From assembly GCA_046726275.1 (NCBI GenBank), contig JBKPAF010000081.1, forward strand, positions 857 to 64,856: a stretch of DNA of 64,000 bases. The letters are read 5' to 3'. The first letter of the stretch is position 1. The number at the start of each line of letters is the position of its first letter. The DNA comes from Actinomycetota bacterium. GTDB taxonomy: Bacteria > Actinomycetota > UBA4738. The notes under the pieces were generated by a model. It saw only the letters and a program-made list of their open reading frames with translations, had not been told where the DNA came from and made no database searches. Shown here piece after piece: positions 29,882-40,368 of this stretch. The position numbers and the translations under genes are program-made.

Positions 29882-30643
29882 CTAGGCAGCCGAGCGAGCC
29901 GTGAGGATCTCCGGTCCATCTTCGGTCACCGCGATGGTGTGCTCGAAGTGGGCCGAGATCTTGCCATCCGATGTCACCACCGTCCACCGATCGGCGAGGA
30001 CTTTGGTCCGCCACGTGCCGAGGTTCACCATGGGTTCGACCGCAACCACCAGGCCCGGGCGGATCAGCGGGCCCCGGCCCGGGTCGCCGTAGTTGGGGAC
30101 CTGAGGGTCCTCATGGAGGGCCCGGCCGACCCCGTGGCCTGCGTACTCGCGGACGCAGCTGAACCCAGCGCCCTCGGCGACCTGCTGCACGGCATGCCCC
30201 ACGTCGGAGAGCCGGCGGCCAGGTCGGAGCTGGGCGATCCCCGCCTCGAGCGATTCCTCCGTGACCCGGACGAGCTTGATCGCCTCCTCGGAAGGAGGTC
30301 CGCCCACGAACACGCTCACAGCCGAGTCCCCGTGATACCCCTCCCAGATGCAGCCCACGTCCAGCTTCAAGATGTCCCCGGGGATCAGTTTTCGCTTGGG
30401 ACTGGGGATCCCGTGGACCACTTCGTGATTCACGGACGTGCAGATGGTCGCGGGGAATCCTCGGTAGCCCTTGAAGGAAGGGAGGGCGCCCTCGCCTCCG
30501 ATGATCTTCTCCGCCATGGCGTCCAGGTCCGCGGTGGTCATCCCCGGACGGACCGCTTCCATCAACCTCTCCACCGTCAAGGCCGTGATGCGTCCCGCCT
30601 TCCGCATCCGGTCGATCTCTTCGGGGGATTTGAAAATGATCAT
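29882..30643 (-). CDS. map: Type I methionine aminopeptidase
   Basis: MIIFKSPEEIDRMRKAGRI...DILKLDVGCIWEGYHGDSA...GHGVGRALHEDP...VAVEPM...FEHT. The ATG at 30643 overlaps the adk stop (ATGA). The track ORF extends to 30931. Confidence 0.95.
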   Translation of the reverse strand: MIIFKSPEEIDRMRKAGRITALTVERLMEAVRPGMTTADLDAMAEKIIGGEGALPSFKGYRGFPATICTSVNHEVVHGIPSPKRKLIPGDILKLDVGCIWEGYHGDSAVSVFVGGPPSEEAIKLVRVTEESLEAGIAQLRPGRRLSDVGHAVQQVAEGAGFSCVREYAGHGVGRALHEDPQVPNYGDPGRGPLIRPGLVVAVEPMVNLGTWRTKVLADRWTVVTSDGKISAHFEHTIAVTEDGPEILTARSAA

Positions 30644-31326
30644 CGGGCGTCCCCCACCCCGTCCCGTCCGGTCAGGTCCGCCAGGGCGTCCACCGCGAGC
30701 TCGGTCACCTGCTCCTCCGTCCGGGCCGCGTCCACCTCCCGGAGGAGACCACGCTCGGAGTAGTACTTGAGCAGGGGGGCAGTGCTTTCTCGATAGACCT
30801 CGAGGCGCCGGCGGACGGTGTCCTCGTTCTCGTCGCTCCGCTGGATGAGGGGGCCTCGGCAGACGTCGCACACGCCCTGCGTCTTGGGCGGACCGAAGAA
30901 CACGTTGTAGGGAGTCTGGCAGTTCGCGCACGTCCTGCGCCCGGCGATCCGCTTGATGGCTTCCTCCTCGTCGAGGATGAACGCCAGGGCCGCGGAGAGA
31001 GGTCTCGACCTCACGCCCAGCTCGTTCTCCAGGCTCTCCGCTTGGGGGACGTTGCGCGGAAAGCCGTCGAGGACGAACCCATCGGGTGCCCGGTCAATGG
31101 CGGCGAGCACCATCCCGATCGTCACGTCGTCGGGAACGAGCTCGCCCGCGTCGAGGTATCTCCTCGCCCGGCGGCCGAGGTCCGTTCCCTCCTGGATGTT
31201 CCAACGGAAGAGATCCCCGGTGGCGATGAGAGATAGCCCATACCGCTCCACCAGCCGCCGGGCCTGTGTTCCCTTCCCCGCGCCGGGCGGCCCGAGGAGG
31301 ACCAGCCGGAGGTCCGGGACGCTCAG
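30640..31326 (-). CDS. adk: Adenylate kinase (Cys4 lid)
   Basis: LVLLGPPGAGKGTQA...DGFPRNVPQA...CANCQTPYN...CDVCRGPLIQRSDD-like lid. The start is unresolved, because no in-frame ATG, GTG or TTG lies close upstream of the P-loop. I use CTG 31326, which overlaps the secY stop. Confidence 0.88.
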   Translation of the reverse strand: MSVPDLRLVLLGPPGAGKGTQARRLVERYGLSLIATGDLFRWNIQEGTDLGRRARRYLDAGELVPDDVTIGMVLAAIDRAPDGFVLDGFPRNVPQAESLENELGVRSRPLSAALAFILDEEEAIKRIAGRRTCANCQTPYNVFFGPPKTQGVCDVCRGPLIQRSDENEDTVRRRLEVYRESTAPLLKYYSERGLLREVDAARTEEQVTELAVDALADLTGRDGVGDAR

Positions 31327-32597
31327 CGCAGGAAGCCTTCGTAGTGCCGCATCATCAGCTGAGACTCGAGCTGCTTCATCGTCTCGAGCGCAACCCCTAC
31401 GGTGATCAGGATGCTGGTCCCCCCGAAGGGGAAGGCGGTGATCGCCCACACGGCCAGGAAGATGGAGGGGATGAGGGCGATTGCGGCGAGGAACAGCGAG
31501 CCGGGCAGCGTGATGCGGTTCAGGATGTTCGACAGGTATTCCGCGGTGGGACGGCCCGGGCGGATACCCGGGATGAACCCGCCGTACTTGCGGATGTTGT
31601 CGGCGGTATCCACCGGGTTGAAGGTGATCGCCGTGTAGAAGTACGCGAAGAAGACCACGAGCGTTCCGTAGATCAGCATGTACACGACGTTGGTCTGACG
31701 GAGCAGCGTGTTGTTGACGAAGTTCTGGAACCACTGAACGTGGATCACGTTCTGCAGCAATGTGGGGAAATAGAGCACGGACGACGCAAAGATGATGGGA
31801 ATGACTCCGGCCTGATTCACCTTCAGGGGTATGTACGTGCTCTGTCCACCCATCATCCGTCGGCCGACGATCCGTTTGGCGTACTGCACCGGGATCCGTC
31901 GCTGTCCCTGCTCCATCCACACGACCGCGAGGATGATCCCCACGCCAAGGGCCAACAGGAAGTAGAACTTGGCCGCTCCGGCCTGGTTCAAGATGGCTGC
32001 GCCCTCTGCCGGCAGCCTGGAGATCACGCTGGTGAAGATCAGGATCGACATCCCGTTGCCGATCCCTCGTTGGGTGATCTGCTCACCCAACCACATGACC
32101 ATGGCGGTGCCCGCGGTCAGGGTAAAGACGATCAGGGCCACCCGAGGGGCCGTGAACGTCCGGACCACCTTGAACTGGTTGTTGAACAGGAACACCAGCC
32201 CCGTGGACTGGAGGAAAGCCAGCGTCACCGTCATGTAGCGCGTCCATTGGGTGATCTTCTTGATCCCGATCTCCCCTTGCTTCTGCCACTGCTCGAGCTT
32301 CGGGATCACCACGGTCAGCAGCTGCATGATGATCGAGCTGGTGATGTACGGCATGATCCCCAGCGAGAAGACGGCGAACCTGGTGAGCGCGCCCCCGGAG
32401 AACAGGTCGATGAACTGCAAAGCGGACAGCCCCCGCGCCGGGTTGGCCGCGTTCTGGAGCTCCTGGAGACGGCCCAGTTCGACGCCAGGCACCGGGAGGT
32501 GCGAGCCCAGCCGGAAGACAGCGATGATTCCGATGGTGAACAGGATCTTCTTGCGAAGGTCCGGAATCTTGAACGCGTTGACGAAGGCCTTCAGCAC
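31323..32597 (-). CDS. secY: Preprotein translocase subunit SecY
   Basis: 424 aa, ten hydrophobic segments. MLKAFVNAFKIPDLRKKILFT...LGIMPYITSSIIMQLL. Confidence 0.97.
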   Translation of the reverse strand: MLKAFVNAFKIPDLRKKILFTIGIIAVFRLGSHLPVPGVELGRLQELQNAANPARGLSALQFIDLFSGGALTRFAVFSLGIMPYITSSIIMQLLTVVIPKLEQWQKQGEIGIKKITQWTRYMTVTLAFLQSTGLVFLFNNQFKVVRTFTAPRVALIVFTLTAGTAMVMWLGEQITQRGIGNGMSILIFTSVISRLPAEGAAILNQAGAAKFYFLLALGVGIILAVVWMEQGQRRIPVQYAKRIVGRRMMGGQSTYIPLKVNQAGVIPIIFASSVLYFPTLLQNVIHVQWFQNFVNNTLLRQTNVVYMLIYGTLVVFFAYFYTAITFNPVDTADNIRKYGGFIPGIRPGRPTAEYLSNILNRITLPGSLFLAAIALIPSIFLAVWAITAFPFGGTSILITVGVALETMKQLESQLMMRHYEGFLR

Positions 32598-32643
32598 TGC
32601 GTGGGGAGCCTCCTGATCCTCTCGAGAGCCCCAGTGTACAGGC

Positions 32644-33081
32644 TCACAGGATCTCTACTGCGCCTCCGGCCTGCTCGATCTTCGCCCGGGCAGAGCTGGA
32701 CACGGCATGCGCACGAACGGTCAGCGCCCGGTCGAGATCTCCCTGCCCGAGGACCTTCACGGGCAACGCCTTCCTGACCATCCCCCGCTCACGGAGGAGC
32801 TCCGGGGTCACCTCGGTTCCGGCATCGAAGGCCTGGCCGAGCTTAACCACGTTGACCACGGCGTATTCGACCCGATTGGGATTGGTGAACCCCTTGAGCT
32901 TGGGAATCCGGCGCTGGAGGGGCATCTGGCCGCCCTCGAAGCCTGGCTTCGGGTTGTGCCGGGCGTTGTACCCCTTGGTCCCTCGACCGGCCGTCTTGCC
33001 CTGCCCGGCCGCCTTCCCGCGGCCCACCCGGCGCCGCTTGCGGACGGCGCCCTCGGCGGGACGGAGGTGATGAAGCTTCAC
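32644..33081 (-). CDS. rplO: 50S ribosomal protein L15
   Basis: [37 protein letters not shown]... Confidence 0.96.
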   Translation of the reverse strand: MKLHHLRPAEGAVRKRRRVGRGKAAGQGKTAGRGTKGYNARHNPKPGFEGGQMPLQRRIPKLKGFTNPNRVEYAVVNVVKLGQAFDAGTEVTPELLRERGMVRKALPVKVLGQGDLDRALTVRAHAVSSSARAKIEQAGGAVEIL

Positions 33082-33263
33082 TGGGGCACCTCCTCGACTC
33101 TCACGAGGTGCGAGACCTTGGCGATCATCCCGCGGACCTCTGGCCGATCGTCCTTGACCACCGAATCGTGCAGGCGGTGAAGACCGAGGCGGCGAACGGT
33201 CGCCTTCTGGTCCTTGGGCCTGTCGATGACGCTCCGAATCTGGGTGACCTTAAGCTTCGGCAC
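33078..33263 (-). CDS. rpmD: 50S ribosomal protein L30
   Basis: [28 protein letters not shown]... and operon position. Confidence 0.94.
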   Translation of the reverse strand: MPKLKVTQIRSVIDRPKDQKATVRRLGLHRLHDSVVKDDRPEVRGMIAKVSHLVRVEEVPQ

Positions 33264-33849
33264 CGGACCCCTCCTCGAGACCGGCCTCGGCCCGTTTGGC
33301 GGCCATGGCCACCTCGGCCACCTCGACCCCTTCGACCATAGCCCGTGGCGCGATCTCCTCGACGTCTCTGCCCCGAAGCCGGGCGATCTCCTCGGGACGA
33401 CGCAACGACCGGAGGCCCGCCATCGCCGCGTGCACGATGTTGATCGGGTTGTCCGAGCCCAGCGACTTCGAAAGGATGTCCTTGATCCCCGCGGCCTCCA
33501 CCACCGCCCGGACGGGGCCGCCCGCGATGACGCCGGTGCCTGGGGCGGCGGGCTTGAGGAGGACGATCCCAGCGCCGTCCTGGCCGGTCACCTCGTGCGG
33601 GATCGTGGTGTTCATGAGCGGGACGACGAACATGTTCTTCTTGGCTTCCTCCACGCCCTTCTGGATGGCCGCGGGAACCTCCTTGGCCTTGCCGTAGCCC
33701 ACTCCGACCCGGCCGGCGCCGTCACCCACCACGACCAGCGCGGTGAAGCTGAACCGCCGGCCGCCCTTGACCACCTTGGCCACGCGATTGATCGAGACCA
33801 CCCGTTCCTCGAACGGGCTGCGCTCTGCCTGTTGGTCGTACCGTCTCAA
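33250..33849 (-). CDS. rpsE: 30S ribosomal protein S5
   Basis: [30 protein letters not shown]... Confidence 0.96.
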   Translation of the reverse strand: MRRYDQQAERSPFEERVVSINRVAKVVKGGRRFSFTALVVVGDGAGRVGVGYGKAKEVPAAIQKGVEEAKKNMFVVPLMNTTIPHEVTGQDGAGIVLLKPAAPGTGVIAGGPVRAVVEAAGIKDILSKSLGSDNPINIVHAAMAGLRSLRRPEEIARLRGRDVEEIAPRAMVEGVEVAEVAMAAKRAEAGLEEGSGAEA

Positions 33850-34193
33850 ATCTCCAACCCACCTTCGCGGGCGCCCTCGGCGACCGCCTTGACCCTGCCG
33901 TGGTAGAGGCGACCACCACGGTCGAACACCACTCGATCCACCCCGAGAGCCTTGGCCCGTTCGGCGATGGCCTGGCCGACCTTCTTGGCCCGGTCACCCT
34001 TGCCCCCCTCGACGATGCTGAGATCCGACGCGGCGGCCAGCGTCCTGGCCCCCTGGTCGTCCACGAGCTGGGCATAGATGTGGCGATTGGACCGATAGAC
34101 GGCCAGCCGGGGGCGCTCGGGCGTCCCTCCCAACTTCCTCCGCACCCGGCGGTGGCGGCGCATCCGAGCGCCTCGCTTGAGCTCGGGACGCAT
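33846..34193 (-). CDS. rplR: 50S ribosomal protein L18
   Basis: [21 protein letters not shown]...[19 protein letters not shown]. Confidence 0.96.
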   Translation of the reverse strand: MRPELKRGARMRRHRRVRRKLGGTPERPRLAVYRSNRHIYAQLVDDQGARTLAAASDLSIVEGGKGDRAKKVGQAIAERAKALGVDRVVFDRGGRLYHGRVKAVAEGAREGGLEI

Positions 34194-34738
34194 CAGGCTG
34201 CCCCCTTGGCGGCCTTCCCGGCCTTCTTCCTCACGTACTCGCCTTCGTACCTGATCCCCTTGCCTTTGTACGGCTCGGGCTTGCGCATCTTGCGGATCTC
34301 CGCTGCCACCTCGCCGACGAGCTGCTTGTCGATCCCTCGGACGGTGATGCGGTTGGCTGCTGGGACCTCGAACTCGATCCCCGCTGGGGGCCGGAAGGCG
34401 ATCGGATGCGAGTACCCCACCGCGAGCTCGAGGTCGGATCCTTTCAGGGCGGCTCGGTAACCGACGCCCACGATCTCCAGCCGCTTCTCGAACCCGTTGG
34501 TGACCCCCTCGACCATGTTGGCCAGCAGGGTGCGGGTGAGCCCGTGAAGGGATCGGTGCAGGCGCTCGTCCGAGGGCCGCTCGACCCGCAGCGTCCCATC
34601 TTCCATGACGATCCGCATGTCGGCGTGGAAGGTCTGTTCGAGGGTCCCCAGGGGGCCTTTGACGGACACCCGGGCCCCCTCAATCCCCACGTCGACTCCC
34701 GACGGGATCGCTATCGGTTGCTTTCCGATCCGAGACAT
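34193..34738 (-). CDS. rplF: 50S ribosomal protein L6
   Basis: [17 protein letters not shown]... from ATG 34738. The track ORF extends to 34891. Confidence 0.95.
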   Translation of the reverse strand: MSRIGKQPIAIPSGVDVGIEGARVSVKGPLGTLEQTFHADMRIVMEDGTLRVERPSDERLHRSLHGLTRTLLANMVEGVTNGFEKRLEIVGVGYRAALKGSDLELAVGYSHPIAFRPPAGIEFEVPAANRITVRGIDKQLVGEVAAEIRKMRKPEPYKGKGIRYEGEYVRKKAGKAAKGAA

Positions 34739-34754
34739 ATCTGCGCCTTCTCGC

Positions 34755-35153
34755 TCACCACACGTAGGCGAGGACCTCGCCGCCCACGCCCTGCTTCTTG
34801 GCCTGGCGATCCGTGAGGAGTCCTCGGGAAGTGGACAGGATAGCGATACCGAGCCCGCCCAACACTCTGGGGATCTTCTCCTTGTCGGCATAAACGCGCC
34901 GCCCAGGCGAGGAGATCCGCTTCAGGCCACTCAGCGTCCGCTCCCGGTTTGGCCCGTACTTGAGCCGGATGACGATCCGCCGATCCTTCCCTTCCCCCTC
35001 GACGGCCGTCCCCGACACGTAGCCCTCACCGACCAGGATCTCCGCGATGCGCTCCTTCAGCGTCGAGGCCGGCACGATCACCTCGTCCTTGTACGCCATG
35101 CTGGCGTTCCGGATCCGGGTGAGCATGTCGGCGACTGGATCGGTCATGACCAT
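34755..35153 (-). CDS. rpsH: 30S ribosomal protein S8
   Basis: [17 protein letters not shown]... Confidence 0.96.
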   Translation of the reverse strand: MVMTDPVADMLTRIRNASMAYKDEVIVPASTLKERIAEILVGEGYVSGTAVEGEGKDRRIVIRLKYGPNRERTLSGLKRISSPGRRVYADKEKIPRVLGGLGIAILSTSRGLLTDRQAKKQGVGGEVLAYVW

Positions 35154-35167
35154 GCGATCACCTCACC

Positions 35168-35356
35168 TCACCACGACGCCTTGGTCACGCCGGGAATCTC
35201 GCCTTGATGGGCCAGCTCGCGGAAGCACAAGCGGCACAGCATGAATCGTCGGAAGACCGCCCGCGGACGTCCACATCGCGCGCAGCGCGTGTAGGCCCGG
35301 GCCTTGAACCTACGGCCAGCTCGCCTCTGCTTCTCGATGAGCGCCTTCTTCGCCAT
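35168..35356 (-). CDS. rpsN: 30S ribosomal protein S14, type Z (zinc-binding)
   Basis: 61-62 aa. [10 protein letters not shown]...CRLCFRELA, ending KASW. Confidence 0.95.
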   Translation of the reverse strand: MAKKALIEKQRRAGRRFKARAYTRCARCGRPRAVFRRFMLCRLCFRELAHQGEIPGVTKASW

Positions 35357-35368
35357 GTCTGCTCTCCT

Positions 35369-35962
35369 CTAATCCGCGGTTGCCGAAACGACCGGCATGC
35401 CGGCGAACGGGAAACCGAGGGCTCGCAAAAGCGCCCGCGCCTCGTCGTCGTCCTCCGCCGTGGTCACGACCGTGATGTCCATCCCGCGGACCTTGACCAC
35501 CTTGTCGTAGTCGATCTCCGGGAAGATCAACTGCTCGGTCACGCCGAGGGTGAAATTTCCACTTCCGTCGAACGCATCGGGGTTCAGCCCTCGGAAGTCC
35601 CTGATCCTGGGCAGGGCCGTGGCGAGGAGGCGGTCCAGGAACTCCCACATCCGGTTTCCGCGGACGGTGACCTTGGCGCCGATCGGCATGCCGGCTCGTA
35701 GCTTGAAGTTTGCGATGGACTTCCTCGCCCGGGTCACCGCGGCCTTCTGCCCAGTGATCGTGGCCAGGTCCTCCAGCACGGCGTCGAGCAGCTTCGCGTC
35801 CCGGATGGCCTCGCCCACGCCGGTGTTCACCACGATCTTCTCGAGCCGAGGCACCCGCATGGGGTTGGACATCCCGAGCTCGCGCTGGAGCGCCGGTAGG
35901 ACCTCGTTCTGATACCGCGCCTTGAGCCGCGGGATGTAGGTGTCCTTGGTCGTCTGAGCCAT
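35369..35962 (-). CDS. rplE: 50S ribosomal protein L5
   Basis: [11 protein letters not shown]...[23 protein letters not shown] 35962 shares 1 nt with the rplX stop; GTG 35965 is an alternative start. Confidence 0.95.
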   Translation of the reverse strand: MAQTTKDTYIPRLKARYQNEVLPALQRELGMSNPMRVPRLEKIVVNTGVGEAIRDAKLLDAVLEDLATITGQKAAVTRARKSIANFKLRAGMPIGAKVTVRGNRMWEFLDRLLATALPRIRDFRGLNPDAFDGSGNFTLGVTEQLIFPEIDYDKVVKVRGMDITVVTTAEDDDEARALLRALGFPFAGMPVVSATAD

Positions 35963-36294
35963 CACGTCTCCGAATCACAATGGCGGCAGACCCGGGCCTT
36001 GACGCCGCCATCCTGGCGGTGCCCGATCCTGGTCGGCTTGCCGCAGTGCTTGCAGACGAGCATCACGTTCGACAGGTCGATGAACAGCTCTTTCTGGATG
36101 ATGCCGCCCTGCTGGAGGGCCTGTCCGCTCCGAGACCGCTTTCCTCCCGAGCGGGTGTGGGCGGTGGCCCGGGCAACGCCCTCGACCATAATCCGGTTCT
36201 TCTTGGGCAGGACGTGGACGACCCGCCCGCGCTTGCCGCGGTCCTTGCCCCCGATGACCTGCACCTCGTCGTTCTTTCGAATGTCCACCGGCAT
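35962..36294 (-). CDS. rplX: 50S ribosomal protein L24 (with Cys4 C-terminal motif)
   Basis: [40 protein letters not shown]... from ATG 36294. The track ORF extends to 36954. Confidence 0.94.
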   Translation of the reverse strand: MPVDIRKNDEVQVIGGKDRGKRGRVVHVLPKKNRIMVEGVARATAHTRSGGKRSRSGQALQQGGIIQKELFIDLSNVMLVCKHCGKPTRIGHRQDGGVKARVCRHCDSET

Positions 36295-36296
36295 GG

Positions 36297-36665
36297 TCAC
36301 AACACCTCCGGCGCAAGCGAAATGATCTTCATGAATCGCTTCTCTCGAAGCTCCCGGGCGACGGGCCCGAAGATCCGGGTCCCCCGGGGGTTCCGCTGCT
36401 CGTTGATCAACACCACCGCGTTGTCGTCGAACTTGATATAGGAGCCGTCCGGACGGCGTCGCTCCTTCGCTGTACGCACGACCACGGCGCGCACGACTTC
36501 GCCTTTCTTCACGCCGCCTCCGGGAAGCGCGTCCTTGACCGAGCCGATGATCTCGTCCCCGATCCCGGCGTAACGCCGCCCCGAGCCGCCGAGCACGCGG
36601 ATGCACAGGACCTCCTTGGCCCCGGTGTTGTCCGCCACGCGGCAACGCGACTCCTGCTGGATCAC
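36297..36665 (-). CDS. rplN: 50S ribosomal protein L14
   Basis: [28 protein letters not shown]... Confidence 0.97.
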   Translation of the reverse strand: MIQQESRCRVADNTGAKEVLCIRVLGGSGRRYAGIGDEIIGSVKDALPGGGVKKGEVVRAVVVRTAKERRRPDGSYIKFDDNAVVLINEQRNPRGTRIFGPVARELREKRFMKIISLAPEVL

Positions 36666-36671
36666 GGGTGA

Positions 36672-36938
36672 TTACCTGGCCCTCTCGACGATCTCGACGA
36701 CCCGCCACCGCTTCGTCTTCGATAGAGGACGCGTCTCCGAGATCCGGACTGTGTCTCCGACGTGCGCTTCGTTGGCTTCGTCGTGCGCCTTGAGCTTGGT
36801 GGTCCGGCGCATGATCTTGTGATACAGGGGATGGCTGACCTGGCTGGAGATCCGGACCACCACGGTCTTGTCCATGGAGTCCGCCACCACCACGCCCGTC
36901 CGCACCTTGCGCCGGCCGCGCTCCTTGTTCTCCGTCAC
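36672..36938 (-). CDS. rpsQ: 30S ribosomal protein S17
   Basis: [21 protein letters not shown]...[27 protein letters not shown]. Confidence 0.96.
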   Translation of the reverse strand: MTENKERGRRKVRTGVVVADSMDKTVVVRISSQVSHPLYHKIMRRTTKLKAHDEANEAHVGDTVRISETRPLSKTKRWRVVEIVERAR

Positions 36939-37303
36939 TGTTCGCCTTCCTCATCGGGAACGGCCGTGGCTCCGGCCGCCGCCTCTCGCTCGATGACCGC
37001 TTCCTCGGCCATGTCGCCGAGGGACCGCCCCTTCAACTCACCCGAAGCGATGGCCTCTCGCCGCTCCTCCAGGGAGACCCGATCGGCCCTGGCCACGGCC
37101 TCGCGGAGATCCTCCTCTGTCTGTCGCCCCCGGAGCAGGGTGAGGATCCGCGCGATGTCGTGGCGGACTTCCTTGATCCGCATCGGGTTGTCGAGCTGCC
37201 CGGTCGCGGACTGGAACCGGAGGTTGAACAACTCCTCCTTGGAGAGCTCCAGGCGAGCGAGCAATTCCTCGTCGGGGAGGTCACGAAGCTCCGTCGCCTT
37301 CAC
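36935..37303 (-). CDS. rpmC: 50S ribosomal protein L29 with an acidic C-terminal extension of about 60 aa
   Basis: [55 protein letters not shown], then an additional tail. 122 aa in total. Confidence 0.92.
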   Translation of the reverse strand: MKATELRDLPDEELLARLELSKEELFNLRFQSATGQLDNPMRIKEVRHDIARILTLLRGRQTEEDLREAVARADRVSLEERREAIASGELKGRSLGDMAEEAVIEREAAAGATAVPDEEGEQ

Positions 37304-37316
37304 GCCTTCACTCCCC

Positions 37317-37736
37317 TCACTCCTGAGCCCCGGTACGGACGATGAACTTGGTCTTCAGCGGGAGCTTGTGGGCGGCCCGGCTGATCGCCTCTCGAGCGAT
37401 CGTTTCGGGCACCCCGGAGAGCTCGAACATCACCCGCCCTGGCTTGATCACAGCCACCCACCCTTCCGGGTTGCCCTTGCCGGACCCCATGCGGGTCTCA
37501 GCCGGCTTCTTCGTGACCGGCTTGTCCGGAAAGATGTTGATCCAGACCTTTCCCCCTCGACGGATGTGACGGGTCATCGCCACACGGGCGGCTTCGATCT
37601 GCCGGTTGGTCACCCACCCGGGCTCCAGGGCGAGCAGCCCGTAGTCGCCGAAGTGGACCTCGGTGCCACCCTTGGCCCGACCCCTCATCCGGCCACGATG
37701 CTGCTTGCGATGCTTGACCCGCTTCGGCATCAGCAT
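37317..37736 (-). CDS. rplP: 50S ribosomal protein L16
   Basis: [24 protein letters not shown]... from ATG 37736. The track ORF extends to 38558. Confidence 0.96.
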   Translation of the reverse strand: MLMPKRVKHRKQHRGRMRGRAKGGTEVHFGDYGLLALEPGWVTNRQIEAARVAMTRHIRRGGKVWINIFPDKPVTKKPAETRMGSGKGNPEGWVAVIKPGRVMFELSGVPETIAREAISRAAHKLPLKTKFIVRTGAQE

Positions 37737-37738
37737 GG

Positions 37739-38608
37739 CTACGGCCGACCTCCCTGAGGTTTCCGGGTGGGACGACGGGGAGCGGGACGGGCCGGGCGTC
37801 CGGGTTCCTCGCGCGCTTCCCTGGGCTCCGTCGCGGGCACCGGCGTACCCTCCTCGACCTCCCGGACGTCGGTGATCAGGGCGCCGGTGGAGGCTCCGCC
37901 TGCCCCGCCGATCGGCACGCCGGCCAGGGCCCGGGCACGGGCGCGTTCGATCTCCTGCTCGTGCACAGGGATCTCGTCCCCGTGGTACACCCACACCTTC
38001 ACGCCGATCACACCGAAGGTGGTCTTCGCCTCGGCCGTGCCGTAGTCGATCTTCGCCCGAAGGGTATGAAGGGGCACCCGGCCCTCGCGGTACCACTCCC
38101 GACGGGACATCTCCGCCCCGCCCAGACGCCCACCACACTGGACCCGGACGCCCAGGGCGCCGGCCTTCATCGCGGTCTGAACGGTCCGGCGCATGGCCCG
38201 ACGGAAGGAGACCCGGCCGACCAGCTGCTCGGCCGTGCTCTGAGCCAACAGCGTGGCATCGGTCTCGGGCCGGAGCTCGCTGGCCGACTGGTTCATGTCC
38301 TCGACCTTCACGTCGACCCGCTTCCCGGTCATCTTCTCGATGTCCTTGCGGATGCGGTCGACCTCGGCGCCCTTGCGGCCGATCACGATCCCCGGCCGGG
38401 CCGTTCGGATGAAGACCTGCACCTGATCGCCCTTGCGTTCGATGTCGACGTTGGAGATGCCTGCCCGGGTGAGCTTGGCGTGGATGTACTGGCGGATCCG
38501 GACGTCCTCGTGGAGCGCCTGCGCGTATTCCTTGCGCGCGTACCACTTGGACTTCCACGGATAGATGACCCCAAGCCGGAACCCGTACGGACTAACCTTG
38601 TGTCCCAC
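37739..38608 (-). CDS. rpsC: 30S ribosomal protein S3 (with Pro/Arg-rich C-terminal tail)
   Basis: [24 protein letters not shown]... GTG start with GAGGAGGTGA upstream. Confidence 0.96.
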   Translation of the reverse strand: MGHKVSPYGFRLGVIYPWKSKWYARKEYAQALHEDVRIRQYIHAKLTRAGISNVDIERKGDQVQVFIRTARPGIVIGRKGAEVDRIRKDIEKMTGKRVDVKVEDMNQSASELRPETDATLLAQSTAEQLVGRVSFRRAMRRTVQTAMKAGALGVRVQCGGRLGGAEMSRREWYREGRVPLHTLRAKIDYGTAEAKTTFGVIGVKVWVYHGDEIPVHEQEIERARARALAGVPIGGAGGASTGALITDVREVEEGTPVPATEPREAREEPGRPARPAPRRPTRKPQGGRP

Positions 38609-38948
38609 CGCTCACCTCCTCGAGGCTCTTCAAGACGACCGTCACGTGGCTGGTCCTCTTCCGGATCTTCGTGGCCCGGCCGTAGGCGCGGGGCTGCCAC
38701 CGTCGGATCGTCGGCCCGTCGTCCACCCAGGCGCCAGCCACCACGAGGTTCTCCGGGATGGCCTGCTGCTGTTCCGCGTTGGCCACTGCTGAATTGAGAA
38801 CCTTGATCAGGGTGCGGTTTGCCTTGTACGGCGAGAAGGTGAGGATGCGTCGGGCATCCTCGACGTGCTGCCCCCGGATCAGGTTCACGGACCGCCGCAG
38901 CTTCCTGGGCGAGATCCTCACGTATTTGGCGATGGCCTTCGCTTCCAT
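38592..38948 (-). CDS. rplV: 50S ribosomal protein L22
   Basis: [32 protein letters not shown]... Confidence 0.96.
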   Translation of the reverse strand: MEAKAIAKYVRISPRKLRRSVNLIRGQHVEDARRILTFSPYKANRTLIKVLNSAVANAEQQQAIPENLVVAGAWVDDGPTIRRWQPRAYGRATKIRKRTSHVTVVLKSLEEVSGGTQG

Positions 38949-38955
38949 ATCCGAC

Positions 38956-39240
38956 CTACTTCAGTGACGTGCTTCGTTCGGTGTGGTGGCCGTGGGTCCG
39001 GAAGACCCGCGTCATGGCGAACTCTCCGAGCTTGTGGCCCACCATCGACTCGGTAACGAACACCGGGACGTGCTTCTTGCCATCGTGCACGGCAATGGTG
39101 TGACCCACCATCTCCGGGACGATGGTCGAACGCCGCGACCACGTCTTGATCACTCTCTTGTCTCCCCGACGGTTCATCTCGACCACCTTCGCCATCAGAT
39201 GGTCATCGACGAACGGCCCCTTCTTGATCGAACGCGGCAA
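38956..39240 (-). CDS. rpsS: 30S ribosomal protein S19
   Basis: [19 protein letters not shown]...[17 protein letters not shown]. Confidence 0.97.
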   Translation of the reverse strand: MPRSIKKGPFVDDHLMAKVVEMNRRGDKRVIKTWSRRSTIVPEMVGHTIAVHDGKKHVPVFVTESMVGHKLGEFAMTRVFRTHGHHTERSTSLK

Positions 39241-39243
39241 GGG

Positions 39244-40071
39244 TTATCCCCTCCTCTTCCCGCGACGGCGCACGATGAGTCGATCCGACGACTTGGGCTT
39301 GCGGGTCCGGCCCTCTTTCTTCCCCCACGGGCTCACGGGATGGCGTCCGCCGCTGGACTTCCCTTCGCCGCCGCCGAGCGGGTGGTCCACGGGGTTCATG
39401 GCCACCCCCCGCACCGACGGGCGCTTGCCCAGCCATCTGCCCCGGCCGGCCTTCCCCAAGGATACGAGCTCGTGCTCGGGGTTCCCCACGACTCCGACCG
39501 TGGCCCGGCACTTCGCGTCCACCAGCCGAATCTCGCCCGACGGCATCCGGAGCGTGGCGAAGCCGCCTTCCTTCGCCAGGAGTTGGACCCCGACCCCTGC
39601 CGACCGAGCCATCTTCGCACCCGCCCCCGGCTTCAGCTCGACGGCGTGGACGATCGTTCCGACCGGGATGCTGGCCAGCGGGAGGGCATTTCCGGGCCGG
39701 ATGTCGGCACCCGAACCCGACACGATGCGGTGGCCGACCTCCAGGCCCTGGGGAGCGAGGATGTAACGCTTGTCGCCGTCCGCGTAGTGGAGAAGGGCGA
39801 TCCTGGCCGTGCGGTTCGGGTCGTACTCGATTGTGGCGACCTTGGCCGGGACCCCATCCTTGTTCCGCTTGAAGTCGATCAATCGGTACTGGCGCTTGTG
39901 GCCGCCGCCCTGATGCCGGGCCGTGATCCGTCCGTAGGTGTTCCGGCCGGCCCGCTTCTTCAAGGATCGGGTCAGCGACTTCTCGGGACGGCTCCTGGTG
40001 GTCTCCGAGAAGTCGGCCACGCTGGCGCCCCTGCGGCCCGGCGTGATCGGCTTGTACTTACGGATCGCCAT
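39244..40071 (-). CDS. rplB: 50S ribosomal protein L2
   Basis: [15 protein letters not shown]...[13 protein letters not shown]...[13 protein letters not shown]. Confidence 0.97.
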   Translation of the reverse strand: MAIRKYKPITPGRRGASVADFSETTRSRPEKSLTRSLKKRAGRNTYGRITARHQGGGHKRQYRLIDFKRNKDGVPAKVATIEYDPNRTARIALLHYADGDKRYILAPQGLEVGHRIVSGSGADIRPGNALPLASIPVGTIVHAVELKPGAGAKMARSAGVGVQLLAKEGGFATLRMPSGEIRLVDAKCRATVGVVGNPEHELVSLGKAGRGRWLGKRPSVRGVAMNPVDHPLGGGEGKSSGGRHPVSPWGKKEGRTRKPKSSDRLIVRRRGKRRG

Positions 40072-40074
40072 GGG

Positions 40075-40368
40075 TTACGGCCCCTTCGCCTCGAAGATCT
40101 CGATGGTGTCTCCCTCGGCGAGCGTGACCACCGCCCGCTTCTGGTCCGGCCGCTTGCCCGTGGACAGGCGGGTCCGCTTGATCTTTCCTCGTCGATTCAG
40201 CGTGTTCACATCCAGCACCCGGACGTTCCAGATCTGCTGGATCGCTTCCTTGATCTCCGTCTTGTTCGCTCTGGGATCCACCAGGAACGTGTAGGTGTTG
40301 CGCTCCAGGCCCGCATACGACTTCTCGGAGACGACCGGCCGGATGACAATGTCGCGGGGGCTCTTCAC
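40075..40368 (-). CDS. rplW: 50S ribosomal protein L23
   Basis: IVIRPVVSEKSYAGLERNTYTFLVDPRANKTEIKEAIQQIWNVRV. Confidence 0.95.
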   Translation of the reverse strand: MKSPRDIVIRPVVSEKSYAGLERNTYTFLVDPRANKTEIKEAIQQIWNVRVLDVNTLNRRGKIKRTRLSTGKRPDQKRAVVTLAEGDTIEIFEAKGP

